Part shown: positions 26,655 to 39,399 of the stretch, piece after piece | How the letters are laid out: each line of letters opens with the position of its first letter | Position numbering within the stretch: position 1 is the first letter of the stretch | Source of the DNA: Octopus vulgaris | Lineage: Eukaryota | Direction of reading: 5' to 3' | DNA length: 64,000 nucleotides | Assembly (NCBI GenBank): GCA_951406725.2 | Contig: OX597814.1 | Span: forward strand, 175,150,001 to 175,214,000 | Program-made: the position numbers and the translations under genes | The notes under the pieces: generated by a model | The model's input: the letters and a program-made list of their open reading frames with translations, nothing else | The model's database searches: none | What the model was told of the DNA's origin: nothing

Positions 26655-27170
26655 TTGTGTGTCTGTGTTTGTCCCCCCACCATCGATGCTGGTGTGTTTA
26701 CGTCCCCATCACTTAGCGGTTCAGCAAAAGAGACCGATAGAATAAGTACTAGGCTTACAAAGAATAAGTCCTGGGGTCGATTTGCTCGACTAAAGGTAGT
26801 GCTCCAGCATGGCCACAGTCAAATGACTGAAACAAGTAAAAGAGTATAAGAGGAATTAGATGCAGTGTGCAAGAGAGAAGACTGTGCTGAAGGGGATTTT
26901 GTCTTGTAAGTCATTCAGTAAGCCTGTCAGTGCCAGTGGCACATAAAAAGTTCTGCTACAGTTGCCTCATAAGAGGCACTGGTACTGGTGCCATGTGAAA
27001 AGCATCCAGTACACTCTGTAAAGTGGTTGGTATTAGGAAAGGCATCCAGCTATAAAAACCATGATAAAACAGACAAGGATCTTAGTATGGCCCTTAGCCA
27101 TACCAGCTCCTATCAAACTGTCCAATCCATGCTAGTATGGAAAATGATCATTAAATGATGATGATGATGA
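25697..27170 (+). mobile_element. RTE LINE 3' fragment interrupted by a tandem SINE dimer
   Basis: YLGD...KGRLYDVCV*TAMLHGNETWALNAEEMQRLERNE..MLHWMC..VLKEKL resumes at ~26847 (IRGIRCSVQERRL), followed by the 3' UTR and (GAT)n tail. Confidence 0.8.
26008..26846 (+). mobile_element. Head-to-tail dimer of young SINE A copies (26008-26418, 26420-26846)
   Basis: Two near-complete CpG-rich copies, each ending gactgaaacaagtaaaagag. Confidence 0.92.
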
Positions 27171-27352
27171 TTCTGGTGATTGTGATGGTGGTGGTGGTGG
27201 TGGTGGTGGTGGTAGTGGTGGTGGTGGTGGTGGTGGTGGTAGTGGTGGTGGTGGTGATGATGTGATGATGGTGATGATGATGATGATGATGACGATGACA
27301 ACGACAACTATGATGATGATGATGATGATGACGACGACGACAAATATGATGA
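27155..27352. repeat. (GAT/GGT/GAC)n microsatellite
   Basis: Directly visible; continuous with the RTE tail. Confidence 0.9.
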
Positions 27353-28342
27353 AGCAGATTTCTTCCAAGAATACCAAACATGTAAATGAATGTTAATATT
27401 TTTTTCCACACAAAATGATGGTGAAAGATGAGTGTACCAGTAGAGCACTTGACCAATGATACAAAGGATTTTAATTTTCTATTTTATTCCATTTCGGTTA
27501 ATTTTGCTTTTTCATTCACCATAGTCAATAAAATAAATTCGTTCAGTATACTTCCCTCAAGCAAAAAATAGTTTTCATCTCAGTCAATGAATGTATTTAA
27601 TGCCTTTCTGGGTAAGTTGTAACTGTTTACTATATTTCTCTCTTTACAGGGACATCGAATGTTTCGCTGGGTTTAAAAAGCATTTTTTGAGAGACTGAGT
27701 CATAAAAAAAAAATTATTGAAGATATTTGTAAAACATGTAAGAATTTTTAATTTGTCCACTTTAGAATGAGTTATAATTTAGGATAATATCAGTATTATA
27801 CTTCAACAAAAGAATGGATGGGACATTTGAAAATTTGTATGACTGTGAGGTGTAGTCATTCATTTTCCAGTTCATTATCTGTTTATTGTTAAAGGCTTGT
27901 TTAGGATGCAAATGTCCAAGGAAAAATAACAGAGCAGTGCTGGAGAGTTCTCTTTTCAATAATTGTAGTATATGAGTGTTAAGAGTGAAGCAATAATATT
28001 TCAGTGAAAGAGATGAATGTGCTAGAGTTAGTGTAGACAGTTCTTTTTACAGTTCATCAATCTTGACAGTTGTAATGGTGAAGACCTTGCCAAATACAGG
28101 AAAGGATAAATGGTTTGCAGAAAGAATGCAAAAAGCATAGCTTGTTTCCCTTACTGAAAATGTTATGAGAATACGGCAAATGATCTAGTCAAGTAAGCTG
28201 CATGATAAATTCAATAGCTGAAGGAAAGTAAAATAGTAGTGTGAGCTGTTACTAGATGCAACATCAGACAAATAATATTAGAATTATGACTTATAGTTGA
28301 CACAGGTCTAGAAACAATCACTGAAGGTGTTGAATGTACATA

Positions 28343-28762
28343 AGGCGGTGTGCTGGCAGAAATGTTAGCATGCCGGGCGAAATGCTTAGTGGTATTTCGT
28401 CTGCCGCTATGTTCTGAGTTCAAATTCCGCTGAGGTCAACTTTGCCTTTCATCCTTTCGGGGTCGATCAAATAAGTACCAGTTATGCACCGGGTTCGATG
28501 TAATCGACTTAATCTGTGTGCCTGTCCTTGTTTGTCCCCTCTGTGTTTAGCCCCTTGTGGGTAGTAAAGAAATAGGTATTTCGTCTGCTGCTATGTTCTG
28601 AGTTCAAATTCTGCCGAGGTCGACTTTGCCTTTCATTCTTTCGGGGTCGATTAAATAAGTACCAGTTATGCACTGGGGTCGATATAATCGGCTTAATCCG
28701 TTTGTCTGTCCTTGTTTGTCCCCTCTGTGTTTAGCCCCTTGTAGGTAGTAAAGAAATAGGTA
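28343..28762 (+). mobile_element. SINE family B with an internal tandem duplication of its 3' ~190 bp
   Basis: ggtatttcgtctg...gtagtaaagaaatagg occurs twice in tandem. Confidence 0.9.
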
Positions 28763-29489
28763 TTGAATTACACATGCTAGTGTGTTGCAACATCTCTTAA
28801 GCAAGAAAAAAAAAATTGCAGGAAACATTGAATACCCTGGGAAAATGAAAACATTCGTGCAAAAATACAGGTAAAGAAAACCAGAGAAAAGTGAAAAAAC
28901 AATGTGTGAGTGTATGATGGATGATGTGTAAACAAAAGAAGAGAATAAGACAACATGAAAATGTGTATCTACCTGAATTGAATGCTAGCTGCATATGACT
29001 CTGCAGATTGTGAATGAGTCATTATACAAAAAGTGGACAGCAGGAATTTGTAAGTTTTATATACATGCTACTATGAGGTTAAGATGAAGTTTACAGGGTG
29101 AAAACTATTGTCAATATGAAATGTAAAAACCAGCTGATGTTTTTGCATTTGAAGTGTGCAGGTGACAGTGAATAAAAAAAATGTACAAAAAAAAAAATAA
29201 TGTGAGGACAAGTTAACATTTGTATTGGTGTATGAAGTAAAGAGTATTTATGTTCATGACAAAAGGGGTGTGGTGCACCTTAGCACTGTATGCAATAATT
29301 TTATTATTATAGTAAAGTAGGTGCAATGCAAAAACGAAGCAAAATCTTAAATTGCAAAAGAAAATGACATGCAAGGTAAACAAATGAAAGAAATGGGAAT
29401 ATTTGATGCTAGGAATAGCAGTTACAAAAGAGAACCAAGTGTAAGCAGTAAAAAATATTGCAAGAAATAACAGTGTACTATCTGGGTTT

Positions 29490-29760
29490 CTCTTTTTCTT
29501 TCTCTTTTACTTGTTTCAGTCATTTGACTGCAGCCATGCTGGAGCACCGCCTTTTAATCGAGCAACTCGACCCCGGGACTTATTCTTTTGTAAGCCCAGT
29601 ACTTATTCTATCAGTCTCTTTTGCTGATCCGCTAAGTAACGGGGACATAAACACACCAGCATCGGTTGTCAAGCAATGCTAAGGGGACAAACAAAGATAC
29701 ACACATGCATATATATATATACATATATACGACGGGCTTCTTTCAGTTTCCGTCTACCAA
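29490..29760 (-). mobile_element. SINE A 3' portion
   Basis: Reverse complement of the 3' two-thirds of the 26008 copy. Confidence 0.88.
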
Positions 29761-30353
29761 AGACATTCTTTTTTTTTTTTTTTTTTTTTTTGCTTGGTAA
29801 AATAAGTCTTTTATTTTTTACAATGAAAAATTTCATTTTAGTAAAAAGCACTTGCAGGTAAAAGATTTGCAGGCAATTTATAGAATCAGTTACTTATTTT
29901 CTTTTGTATTTTCATTCTTTATCTTCTTTGTTATGCTTGCTTCATAACATCTAGCAAAAGGTTTCTGCGTGAAAAATATCAGGGGGGCATATTTTCCAGA
30001 TACTGGATGTCATAAAGCATTGGATGTCACAAGCTTTGTGTTGTGTATTTACAGGGATGTAAGGCAGCTGCACAACTGCTTTTCAGGGAAGGTCATCAGT
30101 TTAGACATTTTATATGTTGTCAGCTGCACATTTTTTTCTACATCAAGATCATGTGTTGGAAACAGGGCTGCATAGTTTATTTCATGGGTGTCACCAATTT
30201 AACAAATCAAATGAAAGGAGTGTTTGAAAAGCTGGATGAATGATTAAAGTAGTGATTCATTTTTGATTCATTACCCATTTTATTATTAAAAACTTGTATT
30301 GGATATGATGGTCTAAAGAAAAATGACAGAGTAATGTGAGAAAGTCCTATTTA

Positions 30354-30420
<67 letters not shown>

Positions 30421-30490
30421 GGTGGTGGTGGTGGTGGTGGTGGTGGTGGTGGTGGTGGTGGTGGTGGTAGTAGTGGTTATAGTAGTAGTG

Positions 30491-30531
<41 letters not shown>

Positions 30532-30634
30532 TATAGTAGTAGTGGTGGTAGTAGTAGTAGTGGTGGTAGTAGTAGTAGTGGTGGTAGTAGTAATGGTGGT
30601 TGTAGTAGTAGTGGTGTGGTGGTGGTGGTGGTAA

Positions 30635-30668
<34 letters not shown>

Positions 30669-30738
30669 AATAGTAGTAGTGGTGGTTGTAGTAGTAGTAG
30701 TAGTAGTGGTGGTGGTGGTAGTAGTAGTAGTAGTAGTA
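30354..30738. repeat. (AGT/GGT)n compound trinucleotide microsatellite
   Basis: Directly visible. Confidence 0.97.
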
Positions 30739-32664
30739 TGTGTATTAAAAGAGAAGTAAGAATATTCCTGCGCATGTGACGAGTGTGCTAGTGCCAGGGT
30801 AAACAATTCCTTTTACAATTCAGCATTTTGATAGTCACAATGGTGGAGACCCTGTCAAACACATGAACTTACCTGCCTTTACACTTCACTGCTCACATCA
30901 CTAAGCTCCTGTCTGTCTGCCTCTATAAATCTGGCCTCTTCTTATACTTTTCATAACAAATCTGACTAAATGAATCCACAGTGAAGTCATCCCTTGACAA
31001 TTTAAAAGATGTTTACGTTCGATTTTATAGGCCAAATTGTAGCTGGTATCATTACTCAATCTGCCCAAACTCTTGTTGTTTACAATGAATTTATCGGATT
31101 GAAAACAACAGATCTGGTATTTGAACCAACATGTAGACCTGTTACATTACATTGCATCACAATACTGCTATTTGATAATAACAGATACACTCTACTAATT
31201 TCCTACTTTTCATTTTTGCATGGCTTATGGTTATAAGAAGTGTGATATAATCAATCTGACAATACACAGTTCTTAAATGTTATTTGCAAATAGTTTAAAA
31301 TCTGTCAAAGCAGGGAAAGAATATGAACTGCTGAATGTACAGTTGTGATAAAGACTGAGCAATATAAATGACTGAAAGGATGGCATTTCTCTTAGATAGA
31401 GTAACTTACATATAAAGTTTCACTTTTCTCTATGAAATTAGTAGTTGAAGTCAGTGTTTCAAGTTGAGGAAACACTTTTCACTTTAGATATAAAAAAAAT
31501 ACTGACATTGTTTTTGTATTTAGTAAAGTTTACAAATAAATAAAAAATTCAATAAAAGTATTTTATATCTATGTTATTTGCTAAGGAAACATATACATCC
31601 TGCAACCAGTTTTGGTATCTGTTGCAGACTCTTGACCATAAATGCTTTATTCTCTTCTTTGCCCATGTATTGTAATTTTGTGTTGTTTTGTGTTCAAAAT
31701 AAAATTATATTGATTGAATTTAATTAAATTGTATCATACTTAATGGAAATTATGAAATATTACATTATTAGACAAATCAACTTCTGCAATAAACTACTTT
31801 AAAAGTGCACTGTATTTCTAGATATATCAATTAAGTAGATACATTTCAAACAAAAAGTTTATACTGCCTCTAAAATATTTTGAACTTCAGACCTCACAAA
31901 AGCAAAAAGCAGGTTTTATGAAAATGGATATCCAAGCTGTAAGGCATCAAGCATGAATTACATAAGAAATTGCCTAATTTATCTAGAAAGATGCATTTGA
32001 AGACAGAAGGATTGCTAAAGTGCCATAAACCAATGTTGAAGAGAGAATTAAGGACAATGAAGAATGTGTGGTGGCCCAGGATATCCTCTATCAGTGGTGG
32101 ACTGGGTCTAAAAACATTGGTTGCCAGGAGACTAAGGAGGTCACCCACAACAACAATGCTATCATTTAATTTTTTTTTTTTTTTTGTTAAAAGTACTCTT
32201 TTCAGCTGTCTACAAACACAGCCAGGTTGAAATAATTAATGCATTCTTCTAGGAGTGAATAAAAAATTCTCAAACTTGAGGGGATGGACTCCTTAAATAC
32301 TAACATGGGCCCCCATATATGGATTGTAATGGCGCAGGGGCCTACTTACCGTCAGGCAAGCTGGCAACTTGGCCACTCCACCACTGTCCCCCATATTGAA
32401 CTTACCTTCAATAAATAAGAATCCCAAACTATGTATAATTTGTTAAAATAAATAGTTGGTCCTCACCAATTAACTTTCACTCCCCCTTCAAAGAGAGAGA
32501 TTCATTTTGATCAGTGATGCTGAACATATTCTGAAGCATTGAATAGAGTATTTCACACACCTTTTTATAACCTACCCACAATAGAAGAGAATGTAGATTG
32601 TTATAGAAGACATTCTACAACACAGTGTATTGCAGAAAGAGGAAATGGATAGAAATTCTAACAT

Positions 32665-33080
32665 AGGCATAGGAGTGGCTGTGTGGTATGTAGCTTGCTT
32701 ACGAACCACATGGTTCCGGATTCAGTTCCACTGTGTGGCACCTTGGGCAAATGTCTTCTACTATAGCCTTGGGCCGACCAAAGACTTGTGAGTGGATTTG
32801 GTTGACGGAAACTGAAAGAAGCCCATTGTATATATGCATATATATATATGTATGTGTGTGTATATGTCTGTATGCCTGTGTTTGTCCCCTCAACATCGCT
32901 TGACAACTGATGCTGGTGTGTGTTTACGTTCCCCGTAACTTAGTGGTTTGGCAAAAGAGACCGATAAGTACAAGGCTTACAAAGAATAAGTCCTGGGGTT
33001 GATTTACTCACCTAAAGGCGGTGCTCCAGCATGGCCGCAGTCAAATGACTGAAACAAATAAAAGAATAAAGAGTAAAAGA
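32665..33080 (+). mobile_element. Full-length SINE A
   Basis: Head ggcataggagtggctgtgtgg through tail aaagagtaaaaga; 18-bp direct repeat atagaaattctaacatag at 32649 and 33101. Confidence 0.92.
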
Positions 33081-33124
33081 CTATACAAAATATCAAGCGA
33101 ATAGAAATTCTAACATAGAGAATA

Positions 33125-34430
33125 CCAAAATTACCATTAAACAGATCAACTCAAGAAAGACTCCAGAAATTGATGGTATACCAGCTGAAGTTAGTAAGAA
33201 TAATTGGGTTTGAAATTGATGATCTTGTTACTTTATAAATTGTCAATGTGTAGAATGTATCACCAGTTCCACAAAATTGCAGAAATGCAATAATGATTTT
33301 ATTGTTCAAGGGAAAGGTGTCAAGTCATAAACTATAGTAACTTTCATGGTATTTCCTGACTTGTAACTGTTGGAAAAATTTTTGCCTGATTTTTATTGAA
33401 GTTTGCAGACATAAGTGGCATCATTTCCACCAGAGACTCAGTGTGAATTCATATCTAGTAGAGACATTACACACATGAACTACAGAAGGGGACAGTTACA
33501 GAAGAATTGCATTGGAACTCTCTCTTTATTAAATTTTTGTTGAACAGAAATGGTGAGCAGAAATACACTGTGGAAAATCATGAAAAAGTATTTTTTTGTG
33601 TATATGGTGGGGTATCTATGTCAGATGATGGATTTATCCAACTTCATACTGGTATAAGGACCTACTTCATCTGTAAAAGTGTTCTGTCAGAACCAATCTT
33701 TATGGACAATGGTACAAGTAAGAGGATATATGCATATCAACTTAATTTTCCTCATGCTTTGTAGTTGTTTAGTTGTTATTGCCAATGCTTTTCTGGACCG
33801 ATTTAGGTATCTTTGTATACTACCATAATTGAACAAGTAAGCTGTTAATCTGAATTATTTCAAACTTAACTCAGTGACCTTTGTAGCTTTAATTTCTGAT
33901 TTATTGTTTGAAGTTGATTGTGACCTAGTGAGTCACTCAGAGTAAGATAATCAGAAAGTAATGAGCATCTGCTTTAGGGCTTACAATAAACCTTAAGAAA
34001 ACTAAGGGAATACTTACACCTGCTTCAGGTGAGCTGTATGGAGAACCAAATATACTTGTTCAAGGGACCAGATTTTTTTGTTCTTTGGAAGCTCTGTCTC
34101 AAGACATTTTTTGTGACTCTCAGCAGCTCTGTCTCTAAAGATAGATTCCTAGATTATGAGATCAACTTGAAGATTAAAGTTTCCACCAGGTTTTGCATCC
34201 ATGGTGCTTTCATTATCACATTCCTGCTATATTCATCTGCAACACGAAAGCCATATCGATCCCATGTTAAGGTCCTTGAAAGTTTCCACCAGAAGTGTTT
34301 AAGGAATATAAACATCAGTTGGAAATCTTTACAACTAACAATAAGGGTGAGCTGTCTTAGTATGGAAACTCACCTTACCAAGTTTCATGTGAAATGTGGT
34401 TTATGTCATCTGTCATGTTGAGTTTAGGTT
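33125..34430 (+). pseudogene. Decayed RTE reverse transcriptase
   Basis: IKQINSRKTPEIDGIPAEV; VPQNCRNAIMILLFKG; VTVGKIFA; PETQCEF; LLYSSAT..YRSHVKVLESFHQKCLRNI. Confidence 0.75.
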
Positions 34431-35114
34431 TCTGAAGTGAAGACCTCATGGGAAAATAGTTCTCAGTAAGTGTCTCCAGAACAAAACCCTAAGTCTTTAA
34501 AAATTAACACTTTAATGAGTTTGAGAAAAATTGAAATTCTCATCAAATAGAGTAATGTAACACCTGAAAACTGAAGGCTGTTGAAGTTCTGAATGGTAGA
34601 GGGTATAGAATGAGCTCATCTTCTCTGTCTATGATTGTATTACATTTTCAAAAAGGTTGCATATCCAAAGACCAACAATAAATGTTTATGTACACACAGT
34701 TCTATTAGATCTACCTGAGCACTGCTGTCACTTATGTTCAAAGGTGTGCTCATTTACTGCTGAGTCAAAAGTCTATTTAGGGTGAATGCACTAGCGTGGA
34801 GCTGCTGTTGATAAAGTTCTTGACCATATTCCAGGCTACATTTGTCATAGAAAATTTAAAACAAAGTGGGGACTATGTATCTATTTAGGGCTGATATCAG
34901 AAAAGCTAATATATCTGATACAAACTAATGATTGCAATTAAAAAGTGGTTAGACTTGAAGGTAAGTTGATAGCCATTATTGTAAGAGTAAAATTGATGTA
35001 CAACATTTCATATACTAGTAAATACAGTAATTCAAAACTCTAGTTTGAACTATCAAGAATGAATGTTTTACATCTTATACCTATTTTCAGACATTGTAGA
35101 GAAAGATCTCTACA

Positions 35115-35275
35115 AGATTGGTTTTAAATTTTGGCACAAGACCAGCAATTTGGGTGAGTGAGTAAGTTTATTACATTGACCCCAGTACACAATTGGTACT
35201 TATTTTACTGATTCCGAAAGTATGAAAGGCAAAGTAAACCTCAGTGCAATCTGAATTCAGAACATAAAGATGGAC
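35115..35275 (-). mobile_element. SINE family B, diverged
   Basis: Reverse complement of the family B core (tggtacttattttac...gaaaggcaaagt). Confidence 0.7.
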
Positions 35276-35499
35276 ACATTCTCATTACACATGTTTTTAA
35301 GTGTCAGCTACTTAAAAAGTAATTTGCTCGCAGGATGATTTATTATATAGGCTACATATTAAATCCTGACTTCATTGTTAAACAGACGATTGTGCTAACA
35401 TAGGATTCACTCTCCTTATTACATATCACTTTCAACTGGATGTTAGTAACAAGAACTATAATGTACTTATTGTTACTCTGGTTGTAACTCTCCTTTCTC

Positions 35500-36110
35500 T
35501 ATTCTTCTAAGTTCATCTACTGTCCATACTTTAATATTAATCAACACTAGTTTGGCTAATCTCTTGTGCCTCAACAAGTCAGTTATTTTAGTGTCTTTAG
35601 TCACTCCTGATCTATCTAAGACAACTAAGAAGATGAGGAAACCATCCACATAAATGTCTCCCCATATGCAAATGCAGTCTAGACCCAATAACCCACATGC
35701 TTTGTATATAACTGCACAATATTTACACTAGCAGAGAACACTGTCCTCAACAAAAGGTGGAAACTACCCACATCACCACCTGAGTGACACCTGTCCATTG
35801 TTGCAATGCATGCACAACATCCATAGAAAGAGTAAAGAATTCTTTTTACTTCCCACAACCTGCAAACTTTCTTAAATCCCCAAATTACAACTGATTAGTG
35901 TAGTCCCTTGCCAAGAAAGTCTCTACAAACATGGCAATTTTCAAACTACATACTAATTTTCAACCTAAATGTCCCTGTAAGCACTATACCTGCAGTTTTG
36001 TTTCCAACTCCATACTGCGTAAACCCAGAAATACTTCTTCCAAATTCTTCTTAATTCCTGACTGCCCCATTATTGTATGTACCTGTTTGCTATATGCATA
36101 AGCTTCTGCA
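35500..36110 (-). pseudogene. Possible LTR-retrotransposon integrase fossil
   Basis: Minus strand VHTIMGQSGIKK...ENCHVCR resembles an HHCC zinc finger; VDGFLIFLVV follows downstream. Confidence 0.3.
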
Positions 36111-36802
36111 GTCACGATCCAATAAGGGAGCATCTATGCAATTGTTTGACCAAGTAGAGATATCAGCCAAATCTCACTCAAACCACACCCAAGAAAAAGA
36201 ACCCATTAGATAATGTGGTCTTCAGTATACTGTACTAGAAAAAGAAAGAAAAAAAGATGAATGGTCTAGACAGGAATGACTTTCATCATAGGTTAGCAAC
36301 AAATTCTGTGGTCACTTTATATCTTAAAATTAACTGCTGTAATACTCTCTGCATCAAAATCAATGTTGTACTCTTGAGCTGGCGACCATTTGTACCAAAC
36401 TTTCTATCTTTTTCTTTCAATGAAGTGTATCCCACCAATAAAAAGAATGACATCTCTGACTCTGCCAACTACTTGTTTTCTTTTACTGTCAATATCTCAA
36501 AAAATATTTTTTTAAATGTTGTATGCAATAGAAGCAATATTTCATTAAAATAGTCATCTGTATATCATCACAGTTTTCTATTCTGCTAGGTAGCTGTTCA
36601 CAACACAAGTGACTCGTTATTTGCTGTTTTTCCCTTATTGATGGTAGCAAATTTCATTTAAGCATGTGGTTGGTTGTAAGTAGATGCTATTGACAACTCT
36701 TATTAAGGCAGAAATGTGCATCTAGCATTCTCACCAGTTGCTACTACTTGATTTTTATCTGTTTCTCATATAAATCTCTTCTAGCACTCCATCAGTTATG
36801 AT

Positions 36803-37058
36803 GACATTAATGTGCAAGTGGCTGAGCACTCCACAGACATATATATCCTTTGTGTAGTTCTCAGGGTGATTCAGTGTGACAAGGCTGGCCCTTTGAAATA
36901 CAGGTACTACTCATTTTTTTCATTTTTGCCAGCTGAATGGACTGGAGCAACATGAAATAAAGTGTCTTGCTCAAGGACACAATGTATCACGGAGAATTGA
37001 ACACACGTCCTTATGATCATGAGGTGAATACCTTAACCGCTAAGCCATGTGCCTTCAC
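36803..37058 (-). mobile_element. SINE family C (core 2 plus tail E)
   Basis: Head and core match 19285 (ctggactggagcaa..tgaaa..aagtgt.ttgctcaag), but the tail is different. Confidence 0.75.
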
Positions 37059-37259
37059 TGCTTCTGATATTTTTTGTTCTGATATATCTTGTTTTTAAAT
37101 GCAGTACATCCATAAGGGATATCTCTGGATGAATACTGCTGTAAATTTGCCTTTTCTGATGTATTTTATATTAAGTATGATACACAGATGTCTATTAAAA
37201 TTAAAATATTTGCAAATAGCCATTTCTATTACCACTTTAAGATTTCTTTCCTTCTTTCA

Positions 37260-37700
37260 GTACAACTCTTGTTTTGATAAATCTAATACATACCTGCCTT
37301 TCTATATCACACACATGTGGTTTCTCAGAATTTTGAACTTTGGTGGAAGAGATATTGCATCTAATGTCTGCAAAATGTTTGACAGCATCAAGTATGAGAA
37401 CTTCTTAGCCTGGCTAAATTTCCTATCCAAAACATTCTTGCTAGACTGTTTCAATGTAACATGTATCAACTAGTCAACATCCTATCAACTCTGATGCACC
37501 AAACATTTTACTTATACCTTATGCATTCTTCATCCCCTACATTTTTTGACTTGCTGGTTAATTCTAACCAAATACTTCAATACAAATGATATCTTCTTCC
37601 ACTATTCTGCTAACAGACATGCAACATACACACTCCATATAAATTTTCACTACTTTGGACATGTCTGGTAATAAATTTAAGGTAATCTTGTTTCTACCAA
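37260..37700 (+). pseudogene. Decayed CR1/L2-group RT fragment
   Basis: YITHMW..ILNFGGRDIASNVCKMFDSIKYENFL resembles VALDISKAFD.VWH..LL. Confidence 0.4.
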
Positions 37701-37899
37701 CAATCCACGACACACAAATGATATGTATAAAGGAATCATTCAATCACTAGTCATGAACAGTCATCATCGTCACTATCAGCCAGTTAGGTAACTTGCTTGA
37801 ACCAATTCAACTCTTCCATGCCAGATGTCATGATTTTGCATTGCAGTCTTCATATCCTCAGTCTAATATCCAGTGTTTTCCACAAGTTGATTGATATAT

Positions 37900-38132
37900 G
37901 CTCTTCTTATTTCTTTATTGCCCACAAGGAGCTAAACATAGAGGAGACAAACAAGGACAGACAAAGGGATTAAGTCGATTACATCAATCCCAGTGCGTAA
38001 CTGGTACTTTATTTATCGACCCGAAAGGATGAAAAGCAAAGTCGACCTTGGTGGAATTTGAACTCAGAACATAACGGCAGATGAAATACTGCTAAGCATT
38101 TTGCGCTAACGTTTCTGCCAGCTCGTTGCCTT
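37900..38132 (-). mobile_element. SINE family B, near full length
   Basis: Reverse complement of 28343-28575. Confidence 0.9.
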
Positions 38133-39399
38133 AAGTAGTCTTCTTAGTCTGATGATACCTCTATGTCCATGCATATATTTCATCCTTGCTTCTCCAGCAG
38201 TGTGATGAACTATTCACTACTAAAACCTTTACATTCCCTGAAAATGCTTTGGCTTACAACATCTGATAACCTTTCATGGTAGGTTTACATTTATAACAGA
38301 GCCAAACTTGCTTTCCAAAGATTAGACTCTTTCTCAGAGTCTGAAAGTACTCTAAATACTGTTCCCTTTAATTCTTGCTGTGGGGGTTACAGAAATTTGA
38401 TTGTGTGCAAGTTTTGTCTTTTTATGCAAAATATGTGCTCATTCACACAAGCAAACACCTACAATTAAATATAAAATCTAATTCCATCTCAAAAACCTTG
38501 TGTGCACACATTTTTTCCTTTGTGCACTAATGGTAAAACGTATGTGTGCATACAAAAGAATGCAGTTCAGAAGGAACTGAACTGCTTATTTTCTACAAGG
38601 CTCAAGAGCACCCTACCATTGGAGTTGTGTTGACATATTTGGATGGATGCAATTGTTGCCCACACAAACATGTTATAATGCATCCAATTAAAAATCAAGG
38701 CTGACTAATTAATCTTCATTCACCAACATGTGTTGTTACAACAACAATTTCTGTTCCTCCAAAATATCAAGTTGTCTACCAGTCTACCATAGCACATTCA
38801 GTCAACCCATCACTTATAATTTCCACTGTATCTCAGTTTCCAAATTTGATATTAAACACTTATTCTAGTACTTTCTCAGAAATATGACCCTCTAGAATTC
38901 TCACCCCCAATCCATTGCCTCCTGAGAGATATCAGTTTAGAATCAATTGCCCCAACCTCACTTATATTTGAGGACAAGTAAATGCTTTGAACATTGACTC
39001 TTCACAATGGTTAAAACAAAATCATTTATATTTTGATCCTAGTTTTAAAATATTTTGAAAGCAATTCTGTATGATGTCTTTAGTTTGTTTTTAAATTTTT
39101 ACATCATAAAACTGTAGAGGAAATTAAAGCAAGGCTGGCTAAGTACAGGACACTTTTCATACTTTTACTTTGAATGAACGTTAAATTCACATAAACTAGG
39201 TATGATTCATATTAAAGAGTGGAGCAAAATATCAAAAAGTAACTCTGTCTCAAACAAGTAATTTTCAATTTTCTAATTCAAAGTATGAAACAGATACCAA
39301 ACAAATCCTTGCGCACATACTTTTGAATCAAAACACTAACAAGACTACTGTTATATTAAATTACAATGAAAATCATTACTACTTTTTAAAACTATTTTT

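Larger units (their letters stand above)
27990..30200 (+). pseudogene. Fossil piggyBac (PGBD-like) transposase interrupted by SINEs
   Basis: Colinear decayed motifs: FYSSSILTVVMVKT; VTRCNIRQII; FVQKYR*RKPEK (28854); HDKRGVVHLSTVC (29255, cf. W.DKR.V..LST); SKKYCKK/ITVYYL (29447); NKSFIFY (29801); YFP..KLCVV and a Cys-rich end (~29990-30180). Confidence 0.6.

Noticed and set aside
30347-30806. Poly-V/H/Y/T ORFs (also 24334-24665 and 27113-27456)
   Set aside because: Trinucleotide microsatellite artefacts.
32335-32410. Two minus-strand GTAAGT donor-like sites suggesting an antisense gene
   Set aside because: No open coding exon; the sequence resembles a DNA-transposon MITE end (caggggcc..ttacc..aggcaagctgg).
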